A stretch of DNA of 64,000 nt, taken from the NCBI GenBank assembly GCA_965603825.1, contig CBFDEM010000005.1, positions 744,001 through 808,000 on the forward strand, in the 5' to 3' direction. This stretch comes from Blepharisma stoltei ATCC 30299. Its lineage: Eukaryota > Protista > Ciliophora. The first letter of the stretch is position 1, and each line of letters opens with the position of its first letter. Below the pieces are notes generated by a model that ran no database searches, was not told the origin of the DNA, and saw nothing but the letters and a program-made list of their open reading frames with translations. Shown here one piece after another: positions 12,331-25,205 of the stretch. Both the position numbers and the translations under genes were made by a program.

Positions 12331-14343
12331 ATGGAAGTCTACGAGGTCGTCAAAAGTATCGGAAGTGGGAACTTTGGCCAAGTTTACCTAGTCAGACATA
12401 AGTATGAAGGCCGAAATTACGTGGTCAAGAAGATAAAGACCAGGGACATGAACGACAAAGACAGAGAAAACACAGAGCAAGAGGTCAGGCTCCTCCAAAA
12501 GCTGAGGCACGCCAACATTGTCGCTTATAAAGACTCATATATAGATAGAGAACAGTATCTCTGCATTGTAATGGTTTACTGCGAAGGTGGGGATATTTAT
12601 TTGAAAATAAAAGACGCTAAAGGCAAGAAATTCAGTGAAGCCCAAATTTTAGAATGGATCGCTCAAATTCTTTTAGCTTTATTATACCTACATGAGAGGA
12701 AAATTCTCCACAGAGACCTAAAAACCCAAAATATCTTTATAAAGAACGGAAAAATCAGGCTAGGCGATTTTGGGATCGCAAAAGTCCTTGATGGCACCAA
12801 AGATTTTGCGAATACTTGCATAGGGACTCCTTATTATATGTCTCCAGAGCTGTTTAAAAATAAGCCGTATTCGTATAAAAGCGACGTCTGGGCTTTTGGC
12901 TGTGTTATTTATGAGATGATGAACTTAAGGCACGCTTTTGACGCACAAAGCTTGAATGGGCTTGCTATGAAGATTTTAAAAGGAAGCTACCCGCCTACCT
13001 CGCCATTTTACTCCAAAGGCCTCCGTGACATTGTCACCAAAATGCTTTCAGTGAACCCTAGCCAAAGGCCTACACTTATAGACTTATTAAACACACCCTT
13101 AATCAGACGTCACGTCGTCATTTATTTGCGTGACTGCTTAACTCCAACCACAGAGCCTAAAGACCTAGACGATATCAATGTAGATTCCCTCAAAGACCAA
13201 GCTGAAAGATACGGATTAATGCCACTAATAAACGGAGAGTCCAAAATGCCTCAGCCTATTCAAAGGAGTGAGCAGCAAATTGAAGCCAAACTAAAAAAAG
13301 AAGAAGAAGAAAAGCAAGAAATGGAAGTTTTACTATCAAAATTAACAGCCCAGAAAAAAGAAATAAAGTCAAAATTAAAGCAAAATATCAACAAAGTGAA
13401 GCAGCAAGAGACAGAAAAAGCAAATGAGCTGGAAAAGCAGCAAAAACAAAAGCAGGTGGACGCAGAAAAACGAAGAGATGCCCAATTGCAAGAAAAAAGG
13501 AAAAAAGCTAAGGCTTATAATAAAAGAGTAGAAGACAACAGTAAATCTGAAGAAGACAAAAGACAAGAAGAGTCTACAACGGCAAGAGACAGAGTAATTG
13601 CAGAAAAAGAAAAAAGGAGAAAAGAAGAAGAGGACAGAAAATATGCAGAGCTTATGCAGATACACCAGCAGAATCAGTATAACAGACAGGTCGCAGTTGA
13701 AATGCACCAGGCGCAGTTCAGGACTTCTTCTATATTACAGTCAGCTCTTACTTATGAAAAAGTCGCCCCAAATCTTACAGAAGAAGAACTAAAAGAAGTG
13801 GCAGAGTATGAAGAAGAGTCGACTGAAGCACAAACTGATGAAGAAGAGCTTAAAAAGCTTGAAGAACTTAGGCTTATTAATCAGCAAGTTAATGACACAA
13901 TAGAAAGAATCCAAGTAAAAACGATAAGGATCGAAGAAATGAGAGAAAGCTTGAGGTTTTCGAAGTCTGGGATGTCAGGGTTCGAGCCTGATCCACCTGA
14001 TGAGGTTGAAGAAATTAATGAAGAAAACAGCCCAGAGGTAAATTATGGAGAATTAGAAGCTGTAGAAGAACTAGAAGAGGAAGAAGCCAAAGAAGAGCTC
14101 CCATCGTGACATTCAAAGCTTAGAGAAAAATTAAAGCTTCTCCAACAGTAATTTCTATTTAGTAAGTGTGAAGCTGGAATTGGCCACCAACTCTATGAAA
14201 GAAGCTTGAATTTGCTTAAAGAAATGTCTGGGCATAATAACGACGCTATAAGGAGCGCTTTAATTGAACTGCTAGGCATCAACAATATTGGGTACTGGGT
14301 CATTCTTGACCAGATAATAGTCATTGAAAGCTCTTTAACCTAA
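12331..14343 (+). CDS. NIMA-related (NEK) Ser/Thr kinase with coiled-coil and C-terminal helical domain
   Basis: Kinase motifs GSGNFG, HRDLKTQNIF, DFG and GTPYYMSPE. Continues through TGA 14107-14109 and intron 14148-14162 to TAA 14341-14343. Confidence 0.92.
14148..14162 (+). other. 15-nt intron GTAATTTCTATTTAG
   Basis: Removes an in-frame TAA. The downstream frame (KCEAGIG...) stays open for about 60 codons. Confidence 0.85.
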
Positions 14344-14365
14344 GAAATGTAATCATTTTAATAAT

Positions 14366-14917
14366 ATGAAGCGCACCACTGTTTATGACAGAAATTTAAA
14401 AGCCAAGCGCGAGGTCTCTGTCAGCGCTTTCCACTTTCTTTTCTCAGAAATCGTCCAGTACTGCTTAGCGAAAGCAAATAGTGATGCCCAAGAACTAGAG
14501 CGACAATTAGAAGAGCTCGGCCAGCCCCTTGGAGCAAAATTTTTAGAATTAGTGTGCTTTAGGGACAGAAATTCTAAAAAAGACATAAATATAATAGAGT
14601 GCTTAAGATTCATCCACGGACCGCTCTGGAAAACGCTTTTTAATAAAAATGCAGATGAGCTTGAACAAAACACAGAAGAGCACGACACCTTCATGATAAG
14701 CGAAAAAGAGCCAAGCCTTTGCAACCAGTTTGCTTGCCTCCCAAAAGGCGACGACTATTTGAACTGTGGAGCTTTTGTTGCTGGGATTATTGAAGGAATT
14801 TTAGCTTCTGCCAATTTCCCTGCCAAAGTTTCAGCTATTTTTAAAAATGATGAGGAGTCGAGAAAAACTGTTTTTCTAGTGAAATTTAATAGTGATACAA
14901 TAGATGGGAATTATTAA
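14366..14917 (+). CDS. TRAPPC5: TRAPP complex subunit 5 (Trs31)
   Basis: EVSVSAFHFLFSEIVQY, LWKTLFNKNADELEQ and LNCGAFVAGIIEGIL motifs. Confidence 0.93.
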   Translation: MKRTTVYDRNLKAKREVSVSAFHFLFSEIVQYCLAKANSDAQELERQLEELGQPLGAKFLELVCFRDRNSKKDINIIECLRFIHGPLWKTLFNKNADELEQNTEEHDTFMISEKEPSLCNQFACLPKGDDYLNCGAFVAGIIEGILASANFPAKVSAIFKNDEESRKTVFLVKFNSDTIDGNY

Positions 14918-14924
14918 TTACAAA

Positions 14925-15971
14925 TTAAGTGGCAAGAATAAATCCTATAAGCAATAATAGAGTTGAAAATATGCGAATTATGTATTGTTTTGTTCGGCGA
15001 TTGCTTAGCTTTCTTTCTAGAAGTTTGTCAGCAGAAATAATGCCACTTTCAACAGTTAAAAGTTTCCCTTCATATCTAGTTAGTGTATCCCCATCTTGGG
15101 CACCTAAAATACTAACAGCTGTGCCTATATGCAAAACTGAATATTTAATCCTATAATCTCCTATTCCAGGCTTGTATTCTCCTTCAACAGCTTCTTGTGT
15201 AGTAAGATAATAATAAGTATCATCGTAATAAATAATATATTTATTCAAAGAATCATATATTGGGGTTGGGTGGACTAGTCTCAGTTTTTCTCTGATAGGA
15301 ATTTTTTTCAGGATTTCTCTTGACATTCGATAAGGACCTATAAAGGCTTCAGGCTGGCATGAAAATGTAGCATTTTGCAGCTTAGGGTCCCAGTCTGGGT
15401 TGTGGTGGGCTTCATTAGACTTGAAATGGGAAGAATTTATTTGTGATCTTGCCCAGACGTGCTTATAATCAATCGCTTTTAGGCCATCTTTTATTGTTTC
15501 TTCTTGCCATTGATACATTTCTACTTGTCGTTTAAGCAAAAGTGCTTCAGAAACTGTTACTATAGGCAGAAAAGGGTCTTGGAGATAAAAAGGTATGCCA
15601 ACTTGTAAGTTTCCTGCAACGAATATTAATTTCCCGTTATTTCCAGAGTCAATAATAGGTGGTGCATCGATTACCACGTTAAGACATTTGTTAAGGAATT
15701 TTTGAGTAATTTGGTAATTCCATTCAAAATATCCTCATATAGCTCCTCCGACTACAAGAATAAGAATACCAAGCACTAATCCTACAACTGAGGCTGAGTT
15801 TGAAGGTGTCTCAGGAATTGAAGGCAAGTCGCTATAATTTTCTGACCCAGATTCTTGTATAGTGTTTTCTGTAGTGATAGAACTGTCTGAGCTATTTGAA
15901 GGATAAGTGTAAAAACCACTGCAATAGCAGAGTAATAAGCAGTAAATCAAAATTGTAATGTGGAGAACCAT
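14925..15971 (-). CDS. TMEM43/LUMA-family-like membrane protein
   Basis: Two ORF fragments are joined in frame by TGA 15735-15737. Signal peptide, TM helix, LKRQVEMYQWQE, INSSHF...HHNP, PGIGDYRIKY and a C-terminal TM helix. Confidence 0.8.
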
Positions 15972-16069
15972 TATTTAATGTCTATTAGGATTTGTACATC
16001 TTTTTCAGCTATGAATTTCAATATATTTTAAGTTGTAAAAATGCGTAAAATAATAACTTTTTTTAGAAA

Positions 16070-18148
16070 ATGCAAGAAAAATACAAACTCCCTGCTTGCT
16101 TGAGCAAGAAAGATTTTAGAGGAACAAGCCAAACTGCAACTCCTTCTTCAAGGCAGGCAAAGACGCCTAAATTAAACCGGATTTTTTCAGAATCAAAATT
16201 ATTTTCAGCTACTACAACGAACCTTTACAAAAATAATTTTAATACTAGCCAGCCTGACCAAACATATCTGGCCAAGATAAGGCCAAAACACATTAGGATT
16301 GATAAGGAAAAACTATACGAAGAAAATATCACATATAAGCACATGATAAATGCATTAAGCGAAGAAAATACAAAATTAAAAACCAAAATATCTCAAATGG
16401 ATCATGAGATGCAAGAAAAAAAATTATACCCAAATACACCTATTGTAACTCAAAAAGGAAAATCCCAAGTGCATTTGATAGAAAATTTAAAAAGCACAAT
16501 AAAAGAACTCCGAAGTGAGCTGCAAACAAGAAACATGGAATATGAAGAGCTGAAACGCTCAGTAAGAGTCACAAAAATGAACGAAGTCACTGAAGAGCTA
16601 AAACAATATATTAATGAATGCAAAAGATTGAAAAGAGCCAATGATGAGTTACAAGAAGGCTTAAATAATCCTCCCAATGCAATGGGAGGCTTAGCGGGAC
16701 TTACTGCATATGGAAAGCTGAAAATAGAATATGAGCAGCTTGAAAAAAGCTTAAGGCTTTATCAAGAATCTGATAAGATGAAATCTGAACAAATTGCTGA
16801 GCTTAAAAGATTATTCAACCAAAGCGAGCAAGGGGTATTAATTATTGATGAAGAGCCAGTTTCTAAGAGATCCAATAGAAGTGCTGAGATAAATGACCAA
16901 AATAACAAGGAAATAAATAAACCAAATGCTCAAAAGAAAGAAGCTCTAATACCTTTAGAAGGAAACAATGAATTTATTAAGAATGAAGCTGGAGATATGA
17001 CTAATCGAACTAAATTGATTTTGAAAAAGCTGCAGTTATTTTTGAAGATAAATAAATTGCAGCCGAAAGACTGGATTGAGACAATTCCTAGATCAATTCA
17101 AGGAATATTGTCATTAGATGAACTATGAAAAGCATTAAATACCGGAAAAATTCCTATAACTAATGAAGAAGTCCACATATTACTTCAGCAGCTTGGAGAA
17201 AACGACAATCAAATTTTATGCTCAGTCTTAGTTGACGAGCTCTCTGCAATGGACCTAAGAAAGCCTTCAATACCTTCCAGTATCCTAGAAATTGGCACCC
17301 CAAAACCAATCTCAAAAAGTGATGCTCAGATAATTCTAGGAGAAATTCAATGCAGACTCGCCCTTTTAAACATAAAAGACTTGAAAAAATCATTAGAAAA
17401 TGACCTCAAAAACGACTCATTTACATTTTCAGAATTAATTGAAATCTTTAATGACAAATATTTAAAGATCGAAAAAGACGAAGACAGGACAAAGCTAGCT
17501 AAATATTTCCTCTGCAATAAAACAAGTATTTCGAAACAAGAATTGATTAATATGATCATTAGTGAAACAGAAGACTGGAAATTTTTAAGTCCTAGTGAAA
17601 TTGATAGTGCAATTAAAGGAATTAAAGCAAAATTATGGGAAGGCTATGATGACCTTTTAACAAGAATTAAAAGAAAACTTGCAAGCGAATTTATCCCAGT
17701 TTGAGATTTAATTGATGAAATGAAAATATATGGATTTATAAGTACACCTGAGCAAATATTATTTTGCAAGGAACAGTTTTTCTCATATGAAAAGTCAATG
17801 AGTAGAGTGCCTTATGCGCAAGCACTGAAAGATTTAAATAAATTAGTCGTAAAAACCCAAGCAAAAGAAAATTCATTTGTAGAACCACAAGAAAGCTCAA
17901 TTGAAATTAATAAAGATGAAGAAATCTCTGGGTCTCATAATGAAGAAAATAAAGAGTATATTTATTCTCAGCTAGAACCTGCTCTTTCTGAAGATGAGCC
18001 ATTTTCAGATATTGAAATTAGTAAAAATATGCTAGAATCTAATAAAGAGAGCACTGCAATGGCAAATATTTTAGAGATACCTGATGAAACTCATGCAAAA
18101 GCAAGTGAAAAGCCTTCTTTCATTGAAGAGAAAATTGAAGAATTATAG
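16070..18148 (+). CDS. IQCE-like coiled-coil protein with degenerate EF-hand-like C-terminal half
   Basis: Three ORF fragments lie in one frame, joined by TGA 17126 and TGA 17702. KEKLYEENI...LKTKI...LIENLK...VTKMNE...YINECKRL resembles the IQCE conserved coiled-coil region. Confidence 0.6.
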
Positions 18149-18329
18149 AAATTAGCAAAATTAATTTTTTAACTTATGAGATAAATCTATCAATTAACGA
18201 AAATATGCAGAGTAGCATTATAAAATTATTTTATAGCCTAATTCTCTTTCAACTAATATATTTTATCAATTCTTTACTTAAAATCAAACAAATAATTCGA
18301 AATATTTATTAATAAATTATTACTTAAGC

Positions 18330-19607
18330 TTAATTCTGATGATATCTCATGATTTCTTGTATGAAATATTCTCTCAGCTGCTGCGCTGTAATATTTTCCA
18401 CATGCTCAAATTCAAAATCTGCAGGCACTTCGGCATCAACCTCTTTTTGCACGTCTCTAACACTATCAAAATAATTATTCCTCAAGGCCTCAATGCAAGA
18501 AATCCTATTTCTCGGGTTAAACAAAATCATATGTTCCATCAATTCTATCAGAGCTCTATCTGAATGCGGATAAATCAAAGCCAGGCTTTTCTTTTCTCTT
18601 GTTCCAAAAGAATTCAAATAAATAAGTGCTTTATCGTCAGTGATAAATTGCTTATCATTATCATCAGGAGTCCCAATTACTTCAAAAATTACGTTTAGCT
18701 GGTCACTATTGCTTGAAGGAAAGCCAGCCCTTCTCATTTTGGTATGATGGTCTGGGGACAGTGGGAAACAAGAATTTCCAGGGAAAAGTGGGCTTCTGTC
18801 CATAAAAGTGGGAGCGTTCTCTCTTAGCATTCCACATAGCTCAGCAATGACACAGCCTAAGCTCCACACGTCAATTGCTTTGGTGTATTCTCTTTCTAGT
18901 AAAATCAGCTCTGGAGCTCTATACCATCTGGTGACCACATGTCCAGTCAATTCAGTTTTCGTCTGAAGTCCTGGCTTGCTTCTCACCAGTTTTGGTTTTC
19001 CTTGTGCTTTTTCTGGCTTTGGGTGTTTATCAACTGGGTGTATATCGTCTTGTTCCATTTCCATGTCAAGACTATCTTTATTCTCCTCAGTCACACTTCT
19101 AGCTAAGCCAAAATCACAAATTTTTACTTCACAATCTTCATTTAGCAGTATATTTGCAGGCTTGAGATCCCTATGAAGTATATTTGCGCTGTGAATATAC
19201 TTAAGCCCACAGATGATATTGTAGGTAATTAGCTGGATGTGGTCTTCTTGTAAGTGAACTGGACTTTTAATTAGTTTTTTAAGGTCAGACTGGGCGTGCT
19301 CCATAACTACATAAAGCTCATTGAAGGTCTGGAGGTTCTTTGGGAGCAGAATTTCACGCATTTTCACTATGTTAGGGTGATTGAGGTGCTTTAAAATGCT
19401 GACTTCACGCAGTAGCCTTTTACAATCGATCAAGTCATCGAAAATTTTGGTCATCTGCTTGATAGCGACACGTTGGCCAGTAGGGACATGTCTGGCTTCA
19501 CAGACCATTCCGTAGCTACCTGAGCCTAGTTGCTTTATAATTTGGTAGTTTGGGCCAACGTCCCAGTCTATCACGTTGCGAGGTATGTTGAGCTTTTTTC
19601 CTGCCAT
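18330..19607 (-). CDS. Atypical MAP kinase (TGH activation motif)
   Basis: GSGSYG, HRDLKPANILL, ICDFGLAR, and LTGHVVTRWYRAPE. The first ATG is at 19607; the track starts at a TTG. Confidence 0.93.
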   Translation of the reverse strand: MAGKKLNIPRNVIDWDVGPNYQIIKQLGSGSYGMVCEARHVPTGQRVAIKQMTKIFDDLIDCKRLLREVSILKHLNHPNIVKMREILLPKNLQTFNELYVVMEHAQSDLKKLIKSPVHLQEDHIQLITYNIICGLKYIHSANILHRDLKPANILLNEDCEVKICDFGLARSVTEENKDSLDMEMEQDDIHPVDKHPKPEKAQGKPKLVRSKPGLQTKTELTGHVVTRWYRAPELILLEREYTKAIDVWSLGCVIAELCGMLRENAPTFMDRSPLFPGNSCFPLSPDHHTKMRRAGFPSSNSDQLNVIFEVIGTPDDNDKQFITDDKALIYLNSFGTREKKSLALIYPHSDRALIELMEHMILFNPRNRISCIEALRNNYFDSVRDVQKEVDAEVPADFEFEHVENITAQQLREYFIQEIMRYHQN

Positions 19608-20237
19608 TAAGTTTGTAAAACCGATTTTCAAATGTCAATATATGGCGTTGAATTATTGACTTAAATTCAAAAAGTATGGCTTATTAGACGAGTTTGGCAT
19701 GAATTATTTGGATATTATTTATAAATCTACAGAGAGGAGTCAATAGAGAATAAAGAATTTGAATTTTCAGGTGAAATTGGATATGAAGTTGCTGATAATA
19801 ATAATAAAAGAATCGATAGATAAGGCTTATTAAAGGTTATAAATAAAAAAATAAAATCATACAGTTTTGGGAATTTCCTTATAAGTTCTGAAAATTCTAA
19901 AACTCACCAGTTTTAGCTAACTAAAATTAGCTTTCAAATAGGGTATTTTATTTTTCCTATTAAAACTTTGGTTAGTGAAAAAATAGCTATAAAGAGATTT
20001 TTAATGAATTTAGAGTTTTGCAATGCAAAATAAATTCAAATATTTTTCATAATTTTAATTATAAAGAAAGTTTAAGAAATAGCTTAATAATTTCTCTAAT
20101 CAATCCTTTCAAGTGAAAAAAATAATTAAAATATAATGGGATAAAATAAGCAAGATCTAGGTGATCAAATATATTAAAGCAATATGAGACGATATTAACA
20201 TAAAATATCTTGAACAGTTTATAATTAATTCTTATAA

Positions 20238-22151
20238 ATGTGTGACGACCTAGAAGCCGAACTTTTAAATGATATCGTAACCCGGCGGAGACGAATGCAA
20301 ATTGACCCTAAAAAGCCTCGAAATCACCGAAACTATCGTGAGTGGATGGACTTAGATAACGTGATTTCTATATGCTCTCGGAAACTTCATAATGGTCAAT
20401 ATCATCAAAAAGCGCTTTATATTCGTGCATCAGCCTATCTAAAGCGTGGATGGTTTCAAGAGGCAATAGACGATTGCGAAGCCCTAATTCAAAATGATAA
20501 AACCTTTGTAGGTGGCTATTACATCCGCGGGCTAGCTTATGAAAGATTAGGCGAAATTGACAAAAGCATTGAAGATTTCACAACAGTCCTGAAACTTGAC
20601 CCAAATCATATAAATGCAGCCTATGCACGAGGAACATGCAGAAATAGAAAAGGGGACTATTTAAAAGCTATTGAAGACTATTCAATGGCTTTAGAAAAAG
20701 ACACTGAGAGATATTCATTATCCCCAAAAAGAGAAAGAAATACGCATTCTAGTTCAACAAGTTCAAGATTAAGCACAGGAACAGCTGAAGATTTAAATAT
20801 TTATGATAAATATCAAGATATAACAGCAAGCCTTTTAAGGACTTTTCCAGAGGAAAAGACTGTCAGAATTAGCCTTCTCAATCAAGATCATGAAAATAAA
20901 AAATCTGTTGAGACTTGGTTTACCCAGGGATGCTTGGCTAAAAAACAAGGCGATTTTAATAGGGCTTGTATATGTTATTCTGAAGCTTTGAAAATGAACC
21001 CAAACCATTTCAAGTCAATCTTTAACCGAGCTTTTGCTTATCACAAATTAAAAAAATTCGAAGAAGCCATTTCAGAGTACACAAGAGCTATAGACCTAGA
21101 GCCGAATAATCCTTTTCCATATTACAATAGAGGGATAACTTATGACTGTCTTGAAGACTATGAGTCCTCAATTCGGGACTTTTCAAGCGCAATAGCTTTG
21201 GATCCTGCTAAGCCAGATTTTTATTATAATCGAGGATTTGTGTTTAGGAAGCTTGGAGACTATCAAAGCGCAATTTCTGATTATTCCATTGCAATAAAAT
21301 ATGATCCACATAATGTGAAAGGGTATTTTAATCGAGGATATTGCAAAGAAATGCTAGACGATCTTAATGATGCAGAAAGTGACTATGAAAATGCATTGCA
21401 TTTTCAGCCTGATCACCTAGGATCTTTGAATGGTCTTGCCACAGTACAAGAAAAATTAGGAAAATACCAAGAAGCGCTGCTTAATTTTGAACAGGCGCTG
21501 AGGATTGATAATAAATATGCCCCAGCTTATAATGGCAGAGGACTTGTGTGGAATAAATTGTCAAACTATGAAAAAGCTTTGGCTGATTTTTCGAAAAGTA
21601 TAGGAATAGACCAAGAAAATCCTATATATTGGCACAACCGAGCCTGCTGTAAACGAAATATTGGTAATGCTGAAGAGTCTTTAGAGGACTACAAAATGGC
21701 TATTGAGCTTGACCCTATGAATCCTCTATTATACGCTAATAGAGCTCTAGCTTTCCGTAAGCTAGAAAGATTCAAAGAAGCTGCTGATGATTATTCCAAA
21801 GAAATTGAGCTAAAATCCTCAGTAAAAGCTTACAATAACCGCGCATTTTGTTACTCTAAAATAAACCAGCACAAGCTTGCTATTGAAGACTACAACTATG
21901 TGATTTCCATTGAACGAAATAACACCCAAGCACTTTTTAATAGAGCAATTTCTTATGAAAGAGTCAATGATTTTGAAAATGCCATCAAAGATTTTAACGC
22001 TGTAATTTTATTGGAACCTAATAACGCTAACGCTTATTTTAGCAGAGGCTGCTGCTATGAAAATCTTGGAGAACTAGATATAGCAATTTGTGATTATTCG
22101 TTGGCTCTGGAATTAGATACCAAAAATGGAGGAAAACATAGTGTAAATTAA
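20238..22151 (+). CDS. TPR-repeat protein
   Basis: Many tandem 34-aa repeats of the form Y.NRG.....L..Y..AI.DY..AI.LDP. Confidence 0.92.
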   Translation: MCDDLEAELLNDIVTRRRRMQIDPKKPRNHRNYREWMDLDNVISICSRKLHNGQYHQKALYIRASAYLKRGWFQEAIDDCEALIQNDKTFVGGYYIRGLAYERLGEIDKSIEDFTTVLKLDPNHINAAYARGTCRNRKGDYLKAIEDYSMALEKDTERYSLSPKRERNTHSSSTSSRLSTGTAEDLNIYDKYQDITASLLRTFPEEKTVRISLLNQDHENKKSVETWFTQGCLAKKQGDFNRACICYSEALKMNPNHFKSIFNRAFAYHKLKKFEEAISEYTRAIDLEPNNPFPYYNRGITYDCLEDYESSIRDFSSAIALDPAKPDFYYNRGFVFRKLGDYQSAISDYSIAIKYDPHNVKGYFNRGYCKEMLDDLNDAESDYENALHFQPDHLGSLNGLATVQEKLGKYQEALLNFEQALRIDNKYAPAYNGRGLVWNKLSNYEKALADFSKSIGIDQENPIYWHNRACCKRNIGNAEESLEDYKMAIELDPMNPLLYANRALAFRKLERFKEAADDYSKEIELKSSVKAYNNRAFCYSKINQHKLAIEDYNYVISIERNNTQALFNRAISYERVNDFENAIKDFNAVILLEPNNANAYFSRGCCYENLGELDIAICDYSLALELDTKNGGKHSVN

Positions 22152-22162
22152 AAACACATTTA

Positions 22163-24238
22163 TTATTCTTTATCTTTAAATTTAAAATCAATTTTCGGAA
22201 GCCTTATACGGTGAGGTATTCTCGGCTTAGGAGTAAAGCCAACGCCTTGAGCCATTTCTTCTTGAGCTTGTTCAGAAACTGATATGATGGTATCAAATAC
22301 TTTTTTGCATATAGATTCCATTTGATCGATATTTTGGGAAAGCTCTGGAGCCATTTCTATTTGACTTTTTACACTTGTGTGGATATTCCTTATTCGGGTG
22401 GCTTCGTCTATAATTTTGGCTTCTTGGTGAATGAAAAAAGTGTTTTTTCCTGATAAATGGCTTAAAGTTCCCATTTTTGAGTTTATTTCGATGAGGGTTT
22501 CTAGCTCTTTTCGGCATTCTTTAATTCTTTTTATTCTTTCAGTTGCAATTGTGGTCATTTCGTAATGGATGTCAGGGAATTCTTCTAATAATGATAGAAG
22601 ATCTTTTTGACTGACCGTTAATAAATCGCATAACCCAAAGGCCATAGTGTCACAAATCCTTGACATTGGGATAATTATTTCAATTTCACCAATATAAGAT
22701 CCTTTTAAAAATGATTTATACACAATTTCATTCTTGGGAAGCACCAAATTTATTCTCCCAGATATAATAAAATACATTTCATCAGCATATGTGGCTTCTT
22801 GGTAGAGAAATTGTCCATCGAAAGCTTGCATAGGCTTCATTAGTGGCATAATGCTGACTATAAATGATTGGTCTTTTTCCTTGAGAAATTCGATTTTATT
22901 TACAATTCCATTATACATAGAAATCGCCACTTCATATTTCAGCGACCTCGGGATATCATGAAAAAGTGCTTTGTTATTTTTCCACACATTTCCAGAAAAC
23001 ACATTATATTTTATTGCTGCCCTTATTCTTCTTTTACAGTCTTCCGAAATCCCGCTTTCTTTCGAAAATTCGTGCATTGCAGCTAATTTTGAAGAAAAAA
23101 TCGCTTCTTTTGTAGTTAATCCTGATATAAAAGTAGACAGAGCTCCTAGCCCAAAAGAATATATACAGACTCCAATCATAATCCATATAATTGCGACGGT
23201 TATTTCTATATTATTTCCAGGCAAAATGTCTCCATATCCTACAGTCACTAGTGTATAAAATGTCCAATAAGTAGAAGCTATATACTGAGTTGACCAGCCT
23301 TCGTCTAAATATTGATGTCTGAACACCCAAGTGGTGCAGTCAAAATCATTGACTTTTGCAATGTAAAATCAGACGCAGCCCATAATATGTATTGATATTA
23401 TCAAGGACGCAAAAAATTTAAATGTTTTTATGTATCTTGTATTAATCTGCAAAATGTCCTGAATTTTTTCAAAAAGTGCGCTATTCTCATAATGTCTATA
23501 CATTTTAACAACTCTCATTATTTTTACAAGTTTCAATAATTTCGGAAATTTGGCTAATTTTAGAATTGAATTGTAAGATTTTTTCTGTGAAGTGTGCTTT
23601 GGAGCGGTTTGTCACTCAACCAAAGTCATAGGTAAGCTTGCTACAACATCTAAAATAAACCAAGTAAATATATATTTCCAAAAATTAGCTGAGAATTTTG
23701 GATTGAAATTTCCATAATTGTCATATTCGACGCTAAGCATGCACACAAAAACATCTGTAATAAATATAAAATCCAAAATCATCTCAAAAATTGTTCATCC
23801 ATCAAAGAAAACGGGGTCTGTGAATGCAAGTCTTCACGGCATGATTGAGATGGTGTAAATTAATAAAATCGAGATAAGAACTGTTCAACATTTTTTAAAC
23901 CTAGAAGCAGGGCCAATTTGATACCAAGAAAGCTCAGCTCCTTCTCTTGGTGGCTCTTTTTTTTCTTTTTTAAATTCAGATCGAGATTTAAGCCTATTGG
24001 TTTGTATATCTACATATTCAATTGAATCGATATGGGCATCTGTTATTTCGTCTGAAGTCCCATATAATACTATATCTGAGTATAAATTTTTGATAAAATT
24101 TTTAGCTTTAAGTTTGAATCGGACTCTTTGCCATACCTGCTTGTATTTGGACTCAAAAACTTCTGCAAAGTCTGTTTGTGCGAGGGAGTAAGGGAAATTG
24201 CTGTGGTGGGTTTTAGGGAATTGAGGACTCTTATCCAT
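22163..24238 (-). CDS. Voltage-gated K+ channel with cyclic-nucleotide-binding domain (KCNH/CNG-like)
   Basis: Continuous frame through five TGA codons, including HIMGCV-W(TGA)-F. S4-like KLAKFPKLLKLVKIMRVVK, pore TVGYGD, and CNBD EMYFIISG...GSYIGE. Confidence 0.93.
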
Positions 24239-24504
24239 ATCGATTTCTTATTTACTTTTGCATGATTCATTTTCGAGAATTAGAATTTTTATTCTTAATC
24301 AATATATTTTTCGCTATTAATTCTTAGAAGATGAAAATTTATAAATCATTTAAAGATGATTAAATAGCAACCTATTATAACTCTATTTTCTAAACAAGAA
24401 TTATAAACTTTTTATGGTTATTTTATTATCATAAATTATTTTATTCTAAACACAATATTTATAATAGAAATGGGCATATATTTAAAAGCATTTATCAAGA
24501 CTAA

Positions 24505-24975
24505 GAATATACAATCTGGTAGAAATTGTAATAGTAGGAAATGAGCTCGCTAGAAATCCAGCCTAGTGATATCGCATATTAATAATGATTTTATTAAAAA
24601 ATACGTAGGCACCATTGGAATTAAAATTAAAATTAAGAAAAAATGTATTTCACAAAAAGTTTATAATATTTCAACTGTGGGACACTGCAGGACATCTAAG
24701 ATATAGTCCTTTCTTTCCTTCATAATAAGAGGCTCAAATGGATCTAAAATCTAATAGGCTTGACAAATCTATTGGAATTATACACTTTTCTTATTGAATA
24801 GTGAGTTTTGTAAGCAATTGCCAACTAAAATCATACCAACTCTGCTTATAGGAATGAATTAAATCTTCAGCCTAAAGAGTTATTACTTATCAAAGTGCAA
24901 AATGACTTGCAGATGCTTTGGGGATGATTTATAGAAGGTTCTGCCAAAATAAAATATAATGTAGATAAGATTGAG
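24505..24975 (+). pseudogene. Decayed Rab-family small GTPase
   Basis: Frameshifted, stop-interrupted remnants lie in the correct order: EIVIVGN../KSSL, YVGTIGI, FQLWDTAG (24669-24692), IRGS.G, IPTLLIG, FIEGSAK...NVD (24928-24966). Confidence 0.8.
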
Positions 24976-25205
24976 GTTTAGATTAATTATTAGCAAAAAG
25001 CAGATAGCAAATGACCGTCTCTTTTGAATTATTTATTAACTATAAAATTTTGACAAGCTCCTGAAATTTACCAATAAAATTATTTAAAATCAATAATACA
25101 TACAAAAAATTTCCTTTAGCATTTTATTTGTTTTAATTAAAAAATATTTCTCAGAGACTTATAATCTAAAGCATAAAATATCCTTTTTAATTAAATAAAT
25201 ATCAT

